NCBI GenBank assembly: GCA_963790025.1
Contig: CAWBMP010000003.1
Span: 212,799-276,798 of the forward strand
Direction: 5' to 3'
Origin: Nitrospirota bacterium
GTDB lineage: Bacteria > Nitrospirota > Thermodesulfovibrionia > Thermodesulfovibrionales > Dissulfurispiraceae
Length of the DNA: 64,000 nt
The notes below the pieces were generated by a model. That model was given only the letters and a program-made list of their open reading frames with translations, was not told where the DNA came from and did no database searches. Shown piece after piece: positions 47,708 to 57,506 of this stretch (positions within the stretch are counted from its first letter, which is position 1; every line of letters starts with the position of its first letter). The translations under genes were made by a program, and so were the position numbers.

Positions 47708-48727
47708 ATGAAATTGTACACAGCTTTTGATCTTCATTCAAACAATTCGTATTTGGGGATCATTGATGAGAATGGCAAGAGGATATTTAAAAAGAAGCTT
47801 GCGAATGATTCGGCAGCGATAAAGGAAACACTTATGCCTTTCAAAGCAGATATTGAAGGGATTGTCGTGGAGTCAACGTATAATTGGTATTGGCTTGTTG
47901 ATCTGCTTAAAGAAGAGGAATACAAAGTACATTTAGCGAACCCAGCGAAGATTCAGCAGTATTCCGGATTGAAGTACTCTGACGATAAGCACGATGCATT
48001 CTGGCTTGCAGAGATGCTGCGGCTAGGCATACTGCCCAAGGGATATATTTATCCGAAAGAAGAACGACCGATACGTGATCTGCTGAGGAAGAGGAGTCAC
48101 TTAGTGAGATTACGGACAGCGCTCATTGTCAGTCTCCAAAACATTGTCGCACGGAATCTTGGTAGCAAGCTCAAGGCAAATGATATAAGAATTTTAACGA
48201 CGGACCGGGTAGCCCCTCTATTTCAGGAGAATGAGGATCTTGCACTAGCCGGTAAAGTAAGCAAGGAAGCCATAGACTTCATGACCAGGCAGATCAAATC
48301 TATGGAGGCCACTATCGATGAAAGGATACACTTAAGCAAACCCTATGAACGTCTATTGAGTCTTCCTGGGGTTGGGAAAATCCTTGCATTTACGATCATG
48401 CTGGAAACCGGTCCTATTGAGCGATTCCAGAAAGTGGGCAACTACGTATCGTATTGCAGGAAGGTTCCCAGCGCGAGGTTCAGCAACGATAAGAAAAAGG
48501 GTGCTGGCAATAGAAAAAATGGGAACAAGTATCTTGCATGGGCTTTTTCAGAGGCTTCGGATCATGCGCGGCTTTTTGATGCTGACTGTCGAAAATATTA
48601 CCAGCGCAAGCTGCAGAAGACGAACGCCGCGGTAGCGCACAATGCTCTTGCTCATAAGCTGGCAAGGGCGGCTTATTACATCATTAGGGATGATGTTGTA
48701 TTTATGCGGGACAAAGCATTTGTATAG
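47708..48727 (+). CDS. IS110 DEDD recombinase/transposase
   Basis: AFDLH, VEST, SDKHDA (DEDD RuvC-like); LPGVG; RFSNDK Ser region; GNKYL. Confidence 0.95.
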   Translation: MKLYTAFDLHSNNSYLGIIDENGKRIFKKKLANDSAAIKETLMPFKADIEGIVVESTYNWYWLVDLLKEEEYKVHLANPAKIQQYSGLKYSDDKHDAFWLAEMLRLGILPKGYIYPKEERPIRDLLRKRSHLVRLRTALIVSLQNIVARNLGSKLKANDIRILTTDRVAPLFQENEDLALAGKVSKEAIDFMTRQIKSMEATIDERIHLSKPYERLLSLPGVGKILAFTIMLETGPIERFQKVGNYVSYCRKVPSARFSNDKKKGAGNRKNGNKYLAWAFSEASDHARLFDADCRKYYQRKLQKTNAAVAHNALAHKLARAAYYIIRDDVVFMRDKAFV

Positions 48728-48731
48728 AGCT

Positions 48732-48997
48732 CTGGAGGGACGGTGAACCTGCGAGTTATTTGGCAAAACCAAGCACCTGAATGGCAGACCGTTTCCTCCA
48801 GTCACATAAAAGTTATCGGCGTCTTTACTGTCCGCGTCGGGAGCCAGTTACGGTTGGCTAATAACCATGCTATCTGAGATAAAAAAAATGGACCCGGCCC
48901 GGGACCGAAGGTTTTCTGGACCGCTTAAAGGCGGAAAGGGTCTGCCTCGCAGTATAGCCTTTGGGGCATGATCTTAATCCTGATGGGTGATTGGTGC
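48732..48997 (+). ncRNA. Putative bridge RNA / seekRNA of the IS1111-type element
   Basis: Two stem-enclosed internal loops whose segments match the target (GTTAT, CACCTGA) and the donor junction (TTTTC, ATGGGTGA); boundaries approximate. Confidence 0.75.
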
Positions 48998-49251
48998 AGT
49001 GAAGACTGACACATTAAAGTAAAAGAAGAAACGGCACTGGTTATGGACGTTGATAACTTGGAGCAATGAAGACAAGAACACTTTTCTTGTGATAGTAATA
49101 TTTTGTCTATTGACATGTGCCCTCTATATGGGTGCCCTCTATATGGGTGATAACAAACACATTTTTCTATTGATTAAATCCGCGGATTACTGGTAGAAAT
49201 ATATGAAGTTGGTAGAGACAGAAATTGAGATAGTGGGACGGGAACAGAGGA

Positions 49252-49267
49252 AAATGGGATGTGTCCC
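49252..49267 (+). repeat. 16-bp inverted repeat, left copy
   Basis: AAATGGGATGTGTCCC, exact reverse complement of 50830-50845. Confidence 0.8.
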
Positions 49268-49334
49268 TGATTTTTCCAAATAATTGGTAATAATACCTTG
49301 CATCAGTTCATTTGGTTATAGTATTTTATTTCCA

Positions 49335-50687
49335 ATGAAGCTCTTTGCATTGCAATTGGCGCTTTTCAGTCTTCTCTTTTCGGCTGGCCTATCCATTGCA
49401 GCCGACAAGCCTGCCAAGAGAATAGACAACTACATCGCAGTTTTTGATCTTGAAACAAACGAGGCCGTCGAAAAAGGCATCTCTTTTCCGTTATCGGAAA
49501 GCGTTCGTCGTGAACTTGTCTTATCGGGAAAGTATGAAGTGATAGATCGCGGGAATATGAATAAGATTCTGGGTGAGCAGAAATTTCAGTTATCGGGATG
49601 TGTCTCGGGCCAGTGCGTAGTTGAGGCTGGACAGGTGCTTGGGGTAGGGAAAATAATTGCAGGATCGGTCAGCAAGCTGGGCGGCACATACTACTTGTCA
49701 TTGTCACTTATCAATGTTCAGACGGGAAAGATCGAGAACATTTCTGAAGACAAGTGCAAGTGTGAAGTAGACGACCTGATAGATTCGAGCAAAAGACTTG
49801 CAAGGAGACTTTTGGGCGAGAAGGTGGAAGACGCCCTCCAACAGACAACAGCGATCTCTGGCACCTACAGAAAACAAGGGACAGCTTCTGCATCTGCCGG
49901 GGCCGCGCCTGCATACACAGACCCGGCAAAAGGTATGGAGTTTGTATTTGTCAAAGGCGGCTGTTATAAAATGGGCAACACGTTTGACGATAAGTTCAAA
50001 AACGAAGGCATACCGGTTCACGAAGTCTGTGTCAATGACTTCTACATGGGCAAATATGATGTTACCGTAGGGGATTTTAGGTGGTTTGTTGATGATACCG
50101 GGTATATTACCGAGGCTGAAAAGGGTTACGGATGTTACTACTGGACAGGGAGTCAATGGTACAGGGACAGCTACCATAATTGGCATGATCCCGGCTTTAG
50201 GCAGCAAGAGCGTGAACCTGTGGTTTGTGTATCCTGGAATGATGCTCAGGTATTTGCGAGTTGGATGCAGAAGAAGAGCGGCAAGGCTGTGCGCCTTCCA
50301 ACAGAAGCCGAATGGGAATATGCAGCGAGGAGCGGCGGCAAGCAAGAGAAATATGCCGGTGGCAATAACGTAGACAGCGTGGCATGGTATGGAGGGAACT
50401 CTGGCATGAGAACTCATCCGGTAGGGCAGAAGCAGCCCAACGGATTGGGACTATACGATATGAGCGGTAACGTATGGAAATGGATGCTGGACTGGTACGA
50501 GGAGAGTTATTACAGTAGCAGCCCGAGAAACGATCCTCCAGGACCTTCGATGGGTACCTATCGTGTGGTTCGTGGTGGCGGTTTTCGTGAGAATACGCAA
50601 GGAGGCGTGAGGACAGCCTTTCGTTTCTGGAACAGCCCCGACGATAGCTTAGCCAACCACGGGTTTCGTTTGGTGTTGGTAAAGTAA
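49335..50687 (+). CDS. Exported protein: CsgG/TolB-N-like domain fused to an FGE-sulfatase domain
   Basis: IAVFDL...EVIDRGNMNKILGEQKFQLSGC...GQVLGV; RLPTEAEWEYAAR, GLYDMSGNVW, GFRL. Confidence 0.85.
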   Translation: MKLFALQLALFSLLFSAGLSIAADKPAKRIDNYIAVFDLETNEAVEKGISFPLSESVRRELVLSGKYEVIDRGNMNKILGEQKFQLSGCVSGQCVVEAGQVLGVGKIIAGSVSKLGGTYYLSLSLINVQTGKIENISEDKCKCEVDDLIDSSKRLARRLLGEKVEDALQQTTAISGTYRKQGTASASAGAAPAYTDPAKGMEFVFVKGGCYKMGNTFDDKFKNEGIPVHEVCVNDFYMGKYDVTVGDFRWFVDDTGYITEAEKGYGCYYWTGSQWYRDSYHNWHDPGFRQQEREPVVCVSWNDAQVFASWMQKKSGKAVRLPTEAEWEYAARSGGKQEKYAGGNNVDSVAWYGGNSGMRTHPVGQKQPNGLGLYDMSGNVWKWMLDWYEESYYSSSPRNDPPGPSMGTYRVVRGGGFRENTQGGVRTAFRFWNSPDDSLANHGFRLVLVK

Positions 50688-50829
50688 TGTATGTTTTGAA
50701 CTACCACAGCTTGCTTAAATAAAGACGTTTGTTCGGATTCAGTCGATCGTAACCGTTCTATAGTGGCTAATCCTCACACTATACGACGCACAGTAATTTT
50801 ATGATTGCGTAATAAAAATAAAAATAATG

Positions 50830-50845
50830 GGGACACATCCCATTT
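50830..50845 (-). repeat. 16-bp inverted repeat, right copy
   Basis: GGGACACATCCCATTT. Confidence 0.8.
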
Positions 50846-51066
50846 ATTTCACTGTAGACGCTCTCATTCCCAATAAGGCACCGGACTAGCATAGAACGAC
50901 GGCATATTTATTCTAATGATTATGCTTTGTACTCTGCAGGATTATCCGCATGTTCATAGGCGTTTATTTCTGTGAGACATCGTACATCTAAGACAATAAT
51001 TAATATTTTGGGAACAGACATCCTCTGCCGTTCAAAAAAGGGTCACTGTCGGCAACGAAACACAGA

Positions 51067-51921
51067 TTATTCGCCCACTTCGGAAGGCACAGATTTTCCC
51101 GACAGCCAGTCAGTAATCGCGTTGACAGCCTTATCCTCGACGCCAATATAACCGTGATGCGACATTGGGCCGCACGGATCTGTCATTCCCGAGGATTTTC
51201 CGGAGACTTTGGGACCGTCTTCGGGCGATGAGCCGCCGAGGACCTCGACGAAATCGACTTTAGGGCTGCCTTTCAATCGTCTTACGAGAGAAAAGGCTTC
51301 CCCTAATGGTGTTGATGAACACCCGTCGTTGTAATGATGCATCAAAAGCACGGGTATCGATATCTTTTCCAGAGGTAACCCTCCGATAAACTGAGATCCC
51401 ATTGTCGATGTCAGGACAACGCCTTTTAGCGCCTCATCTTTCAGAACCGTGGCAAGATACGCCACAGAAATAGTCCCTCTGCTAGTCCCAACAAGAAAGA
51501 AGGAATCAAGCTTCTTTTCCTTTAAAGATTCGATAATCTTTCTGATGTCTTGGGCATGTTCTGACGATTCTCGGAAATTATCTGACATGCCATCTTCATG
51601 GTCAGAAGGCACATCTACGATCGCAACGATGAATCCTTTTTTGACGAATACCGGAGATGTTCTGACCAGAAAGTTTGCGCCGAGAGTAATATGTCCGTTA
51701 TGAACTGAAAATTGTCCTTTTCCATAACTCCCCGGGAAAATGAGAAGGGTCCCTTTCGGTGCTGTTTCGGGAGTTTGAATCATAACCCTGACAGTCACGC
51801 CAGGCCTGGTTTCAATTTTTTGAATGCTCTGTTCAGCCTCAGCCGGATCTTTTAGTAGAAATGTGATAGTGACGGCAATGGCCAGAAGTAACAGATACCC
51901 TACGATCGATTTGCTTTTCAT
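51067..51921 (-). CDS. Exported alpha/beta hydrolase
   Basis: Signal peptide, LVGTSRGT nucleophile elbow, HHYNDGC, HHGYIG. Confidence 0.85.
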   Translation of the reverse strand: MKSKSIVGYLLLLAIAVTITFLLKDPAEAEQSIQKIETRPGVTVRVMIQTPETAPKGTLLIFPGSYGKGQFSVHNGHITLGANFLVRTSPVFVKKGFIVAIVDVPSDHEDGMSDNFRESSEHAQDIRKIIESLKEKKLDSFFLVGTSRGTISVAYLATVLKDEALKGVVLTSTMGSQFIGGLPLEKISIPVLLMHHYNDGCSSTPLGEAFSLVRRLKGSPKVDFVEVLGGSSPEDGPKVSGKSSGMTDPCGPMSHHGYIGVEDKAVNAITDWLSGKSVPSEVGE

Positions 51922-52159
51922 TGTACGTTACATTATCTCTTAGAATATCTATATTAGGCAACGGGAAATATCAGGGGTCAGGCATACATCTGACAGATTC
52001 AATTCTTGCATTCGTAAAGATTTCCGATCGAAACATACAGCCTCTGACAGCATGATAGCTATGCGGGTTCCTGTGAGGATCTGATCCGGCTAATACCTTA
52101 ACCCGCGATAAGAAAATAGTTAACCGGAATGAAAATCCCTGATATAATCTTATCATGAA

Positions 52160-53350
52160 ATGCCTATAGCTCTTTTTGAAGAAAGAAGTCGAAATATTTC
52201 TATGGTTAGTGAAGTTATGATTGAATTTGCGGAGATGAGCGGTCTCTCACCAACAGGGCCCTCTCCTCAGCGATACTTATGGACCGATGCCTTTGCTGTC
52301 TGCAACTTCCTCGATCTTTATCGCAAAACGAGAGATGATCATTACATGCATCTCGCATCGCTCCTAATTGACCAGGTGCATGCGGTACTGGGTCGACACC
52401 GTATCGATGACTCACGTGCCGGCTGGATCAGCGGCCTTGATGAGCTGGAGGGAGCGAGACACCCGACAAAGGGTGGACTGAGGATCGGTAAAGAGATGAA
52501 CGAGCGAGGGCCGGCGGATCCCTTTGATGAGCGATTGGAATGGGATCGCGACGGGCAGTATTATCATTACCTGACACAATGGATGCACTCTCTCGATTGC
52601 ATGAGCCGGGTCACCGGGGATCCGACCTTCAACAGGTGGGCAAGAGAGCTTGCAAAAACAGCCCATGCAAAATTCACCTACGTCTTCCCAAGCGTAAGAG
52701 AAAAACGCATATACTGGAAGATGAGTATAGATCTTTCGTATCCGCTCGTATTGTCCATGGGCCATCACGATCCTCTTGACGGACTGATCACCTACAGCGA
52801 ACTTCAGGCCGTTGCGGGAAAATATCCTGAGCGGTCGCCAGATCTCAGCGCCGAGATTGCCGACATGAGCCTGATTTGTGAGGGGAAAAGCTGGGCCACT
52901 GATGACGACCTTGGTATTGGCGGTCTTTTGACCGGCGCTTACAGAATGGCACAGCTAATTGTTGCAGACAGCTTCATTCGACCTGATCTTCTCGATACTG
53001 TTCTGGAAGATGCCCTGACAGGTTTAGACTATTTTGCGACAAAATCCCCTTTGAAACTCCCCGCCGATTACCGAATAGCATTTCGGGAACTGGGCTTGTC
53101 GATCGGATTACAGGCCATTGGTAGAATGCAGGGGGTGCTTCAGCAATATCCAGGCGACTTCAAGAAGAAACCTCTTGTGCATTCGCGTGTCCAAAGCATT
53201 ATGAGATATGCCCAACTGAGTGAACAGATCAATACATTTTGGCTTGATAGTAAGAACAGAGAATCCGACAGTTGGACGGACCATCACAACATCAATATGG
53301 TGATGCTTGCTACCAGCCTGTCTCCCGATGGATATCTCTCGCCTCTATGA
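52160..53350 (+). CDS. Conserved hypothetical protein
   Basis: 396-aa ORF with RYLWTDAFAVCNF, DGQYYHYLT, HHDPLDG motifs; function not assignable. Confidence 0.75.
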   Translation: MPIALFEERSRNISMVSEVMIEFAEMSGLSPTGPSPQRYLWTDAFAVCNFLDLYRKTRDDHYMHLASLLIDQVHAVLGRHRIDDSRAGWISGLDELEGARHPTKGGLRIGKEMNERGPADPFDERLEWDRDGQYYHYLTQWMHSLDCMSRVTGDPTFNRWARELAKTAHAKFTYVFPSVREKRIYWKMSIDLSYPLVLSMGHHDPLDGLITYSELQAVAGKYPERSPDLSAEIADMSLICEGKSWATDDDLGIGGLLTGAYRMAQLIVADSFIRPDLLDTVLEDALTGLDYFATKSPLKLPADYRIAFRELGLSIGLQAIGRMQGVLQQYPGDFKKKPLVHSRVQSIMRYAQLSEQINTFWLDSKNRESDSWTDHHNINMVMLATSLSPDGYLSPL

Positions 53351-53501
53351 GTCATTTCGCTGCCTGAGTTTGTTATGTATAGCACCTGAGCGTGTCGCGC
53401 TGTGATGAACATCGGAATACGCACTCACCTGAGGCATTGCGCCGAGAATGTTTTGTTGGTGACTAATTTGCAGACCCCGGCGCAACGATCGGATTTACTT
53501 A

Positions 53502-54340
53502 CTATCTCCCGTGCAGAATGTCCATCCACCTGATGGCCTCAGTGTCGCTGATCTTGCCCAAATAGACTTGAGTCGTCTTGAGGTCCTGATGTCTCAGAAT
53601 AACTTTGGAGATAATCTCCAGCGGTACTCCGTTCCTACTTGCATATGTTGCCGAGTGCCGACGCAGATCGTGGGGTGCTATCTTTATGTTCAGCTTCTTT
53701 CCCAGTCCGGCAACTATGTTCCTGGCCGCAGTGTAGCAGAGGGGGAATACCCTGTCATCAGGTGACAATTGCTTCGTTTGTATGTATTCAGACAGCCGGG
53801 TGGCAATATGCTCCGGCATGAAGGCAACTTTTCATCTCTCCCTGACTTAGGCTCTTGGATTATGAGTTTCCTGCCTGAGACATCGTAAGCTCTGAGGTTT
53901 AGAACTTCGCCAATTCTCAGCCCACAGCGGGCCTGAAGCTCCAGGATGAGTCGATCCCTGATGTTTCGAGAATTGAAGATCAGCTCATCAACCGTTTCCT
54001 TGTCCAGGATTTTTGGGGGCCGGTGGTAGACGTTCTTGAAGGTCTTGAATAACACGCCGGCATTGCAAGGATTTTTGATATTCAGATTAGACGCTTCAAT
54101 GACATAATTGAAAAACGCCTTCACCTGAACGTATCGCAGATGGCGAGTAGCTCTACTCAGACCTTCTGTACAATCTTCAAGGAACTTGCCAATGTCCTCT
54201 GACGAGATGGACGCTACCTCATATTCCGAAAACTTTAGCCTAAACTGTTCCAGAAAGTTTCTGTAACTCTTCAGAGTGCTTTTCTTTACGCTGCTCTTCT
54301 GATGCTGATTGAAGAGTTCTATTGCTTTTTGAATGATCAT
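53502..54340 (-). pseudogene. Tyrosine recombinase/integrase split by a frameshift near 53830
   Basis: N-part GLRIGE, PKSG; C-part PHDLRRHSAT, LRHQDLKTTQVY; one extra base restores ...GRDE-x-VAFMPEH. Confidence 0.85.
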
Positions 54341-54650
54341 GGGTCACCTCCTCGCAGTTGGTAGTGATTGCCGGGGTCTGCATAATTTCATTGTATGGCA
54401 TAATCAAGCCAATTACGTTAGGAAGTGCGATTAGTAATGAAACGAAGGATGACTTTGGAAGCGTCTACCTGACAATCATCAAAGCCGACGATGACACGAT
54501 TTTGATAATTTTTAAAAATAACTACCAAAATCGCTTTATTTGTAACTACTTATACTTCACACCCCCATCAATCTGCGATGACTGCGGGATACTAAAACAA
54601 ATCTTAGTCAGATCAAGCTCGACTTCCCTTGGCGGCCTCTCCTGCACGGT

Positions 54651-55409
54651 TCATTCCTTTGCCGTCCTGGCGAAAGCGGCTTGAGCACCCTCATGGATTT
54701 CCTGCGGTGTCAGGTCCTTGATATGAGTGGCAAGCATCCAGCTGTAACCAAAGGGATCTTGCACGGTACTGACGCGGTCCCCCCAGAACATGTCCTGGAC
54801 AGGCATCCGGGCCTCGGCGCCTGCGTCAAGGGCTATTCGGAAAGCCTCATCCACGTTCTCGATATAAAGATAAAAGCTGACCGGAGAACCGCCGATGGTT
54901 TCCGCGCTTTTACAGGGCTGCTGCGGGTTCTCCTCCCCCATCATGATGATCGAGTTGCCGATCCGGAGCGCGGCGTGCATGACCCCTTTGCCGTCGGGCC
55001 CCGGCATGGCGTACCGCTCTTGAGCGCCAAAGGCCCGTTTGTAGAATTCAATGGCCTTTCGGGCATCCTTGAACACTAATATCGGTGTGACGCTGTGATA
55101 GTCTTCCGGTATCGCTTTTGTCGTCATTAATTTAGCTCTTGCGTTGTCCAGCCCCGTTTTCATTTCCTGCCATGAGTTTTCGATTCCCAATTTCAACTCT
55201 TCCCATGCCGGAGCGCTCGCTTCTTTAAGTTCTTTAATTTTGTTTTGCACTTGTTCCTTCTCCTTATCCCATGTTTCGAACAGGCCGCTGTATTTGATCT
55301 TGGCTTCGTCTTTCATCTTGTCAGCTTTGGCCTTTAATTCATCGATTTTTGCGCTCCATTCCCTGAGTTGCATGTCCAGTTTGCGTATGTACTCTTCCTT
55401 TTTTTCCAT
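54651..55409 (-). CDS. Coiled-coil (sll1863-like) domain fused to a VOC/PhnB-like glyoxalase domain
   Basis: ATG 55409 after AGGAGA; EYIRKL..QLREWSAKIDEL; internal MTTKAIPEDYHSVTP...DMFWGDR...DPFGYSW. Confidence 0.8.
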   Translation of the reverse strand: MEKKEEYIRKLDMQLREWSAKIDELKAKADKMKDEAKIKYSGLFETWDKEKEQVQNKIKELKEASAPAWEELKLGIENSWQEMKTGLDNARAKLMTTKAIPEDYHSVTPILVFKDARKAIEFYKRAFGAQERYAMPGPDGKGVMHAALRIGNSIIMMGEENPQQPCKSAETIGGSPVSFYLYIENVDEAFRIALDAGAEARMPVQDMFWGDRVSTVQDPFGYSWMLATHIKDLTPQEIHEGAQAAFARTAKE

Positions 55410-55895
55410 ATGTTCTCCTATTGATTTGGTTTTACATAGTTTGTTGCACTCCCTCGCCGTACCTGACGCTACCACTAAGTTTCGGTCCTGAGGCTCAATG
55501 GCACAACACTTTGACGCACTTGTGTTAAACCATATTTATGAACTTAAGTGCTTACTTACATTGTAAAGCAAATAAAAACCATGTCAACGGGCGGGCGCAG
55601 AAAAAGATGGATTGCACCATGGAAAGATAAAAGCGCTGCAGTGGTGGGCTTGGGTGTCAGGCTTGCATACGGGTTCATGGGGGTCAGGCTTGCATATGTG
55701 CATTTATTCACCTCCTCAAAAAATTATCAATAGTACTTCACACAATTGTTACAAGACCGGCCACTGCGATGTATTGTGAGTTATTCAGCTTTATGAAAGG
55801 TCGGGCCTCGGCGTTACTCTGCCCGTAAATCTAGAATTTTTATCGAAAGCCACACTTGTGATGTTCTGTACGGCCATTTCAAAAAGTACAATTAA

Positions 55896-56486
55896 TCAAC
55901 CAACGAGAATAAGTCCGCTCACAGTTCCTGTCGATGTCCGTTCGTGCGCGCCGCTCTTCTTCGCATCCTCGGTCCATCCAGCTGTATTTATCAGCTCCGC
56001 TACATTCACGCCAAAGCCGGACATGGACGGACGTGAGAGGTGGGGATTTCGGCAGTCGCCTTCACCCGATACTACGCGACAATCGGCATGAGAGGAACAA
56101 AAGAATTGCTTGCAGGAGCCCCCGGCAAATGCCTTCGAATTGGCATATCCCAGCTGTTTTGCAGCAAGTTCTACAGAAGCTACGATCTCATGCAGCAGCC
56201 GCATTATGTCTTCGCGCTCACTCAGAAGTATTTCCATCGGCACGTCTATCTTAACGACGATCGCGTGTTCGATCGTTTTAATCCACTCACGGAACATGGA
56301 TGGTCCGGCTACATGCGGAGGGCAGCTCTTTGAGCGACCGTAGCCTTCACAAGCTGTTTGCCTGCAAATGTCCGGCAGCCGGTCATCGACAATAATATCC
56401 CTGGTTGAGACCACCCTCGCATCGGTAGCCCCCGAAGAGACTGCCAATTCAAGCAGAGATTCCAATTTTGATTGAGTCTCGTTCAT
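55896..56486 (-). CDS. DUF2284-like Cys-rich metal-binding protein
   Basis: C..C..YG.S.SCPP, GSCK..C, C..P..RPSM.G.GVNV. Confidence 0.75.
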   Translation of the reverse strand: MNETQSKLESLLELAVSSGATDARVVSTRDIIVDDRLPDICRQTACEGYGRSKSCPPHVAGPSMFREWIKTIEHAIVVKIDVPMEILLSEREDIMRLLHEIVASVELAAKQLGYANSKAFAGGSCKQFFCSSHADCRVVSGEGDCRNPHLSRPSMSGFGVNVAELINTAGWTEDAKKSGAHERTSTGTVSGLILVG

Positions 56487-56660
56487 TGTCGTTTTTCTCC
56501 CGGTCAACTTGTACGAATGTGTATTTTGGATCATTCGTGTCGGGCTTCAAAATGTCTATTATACACTTTTTTAAGTATTCCCATCTGGATGTTAGAAATC
56601 ATACCACAGCCGGCGATTCCTAATCCTGCATGGTTCTTGTCATGCATTAAGGACGAAATG

Positions 56661-57506
56661 CTAAAAACCTTTTGTCTTCTTATTGAACAGGGTACACTCG
56701 CTGCAGCGCTTGGAGTTGCAAATACGGGATATGCCCTGATGACACAGGGCGAAATCGTATTTGAGGGGGTCTTCCGGGTCTATAGTTTTAAGAGCTTCCG
56801 TTATTTCAACCGCCATTTTCCAATCCTGTGCCGATCTCCGCGTAAAACCCAGGCACTTCGAAATGCGCGCAATATGTACGTCCAGCGGGATAACGAGTTT
56901 ATTTTTCGGAATCTTACTCCATATGCCGAAATCGATGTCCCTGTCCCGTATCATCCATCGCAAAAACATATTCATTCGCTTGCATGCGCTTCCACGCGAA
57001 GGCGAAGGGAAAAACTGATGAAGCCCTCCCCTCTTTGCAGAGTCTCCATATACTGCCGCCGTATCGATGCCCAGCAGTGTATCAATAAGCCCTGCCAGCC
57101 CGGTTTCTATGGAAGAATCACTTTCTTTGTAGTGTTGTTTAAAAATAGCCTCAAGGCTGCCGTTTTTTTTAAGCGCTTTGCTTAAAACATAAATGAGCCC
57201 GATAATATCGTCGTTCCTGTTAAAGCGATACTGCAATCCGGCAAATATGTTTCGGTCCTTCCGGATACTAAAATGAAGCAGAAAGTCATAAGGACCTTGA
57301 CCCATTTTGCTCAAGAGCGATTTAATCACCGGCTTGAAGAGTTCCACCTTGCCATAAGCAAAACACGCGGAGATGAAGCCGCTCACTTCGATGTCTTCAG
57401 GTCTTGAGTACTGATGAGGCAATTCTATAGGGTCATGGGCGATACGGCCCTTGAAATCGTAGTCGCTATAGAGCCTGTCGAGTTCAGCTTTTAGCGATTG
57501 TGTCAT
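56661..57506 (-). CDS. TIGR02757/DUF2400 family protein
   Basis: DPIELPH, SACKRMNMFLRWM, IPLDVH, DPLKYDFAL. Confidence 0.9.
   Translation of the reverse strand: MTQSLKAELDRLYSDYDFKGRIAHDPIELPHQYSRPEDIEVSGFISACFAYGKVELFKPVIKSLLSKMGQGPYDFLLHFSIRKDRNIFAGLQYRFNRNDDIIGLIYVLSKALKKNGSLEAIFKQHYKESDSSIETGLAGLIDTLLGIDTAAVYGDSAKRGGLHQFFPSPSRGSACKRMNMFLRWMIRDRDIDFGIWSKIPKNKLVIPLDVHIARISKCLGFTRRSAQDWKMAVEITEALKTIDPEDPLKYDFALCHQGISRICNSKRCSECTLFNKKTKGF

Larger units (their letters stand above)
47619..49150 (+). mobile_element. IS110-family, IS1111-type insertion sequence
   Basis: Sub-terminal IRs CATATAGAGGGCAC (47626-47639) / GTGCCCTCTATATG (49117-49130, repeated 49132-49145); TGA core at both ends; long 3' non-coding end. 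Confidence 0.9.

Noticed and set aside
54358..54684. 108-aa plus-strand ORF
   Set aside because: TTG start, no motifs, and it overlaps the VOC gene end and the recombinase upstream region
47611..56600. Integron cassette array (GTTA...TAAC at the IS target, nearby tyrosine recombinase)
   Set aside because: No GTTRRRY/RYYYAAC-bounded attC hairpins after the genes, mixed gene orientation, and the recombinase is short with no evident IntI-specific insertion
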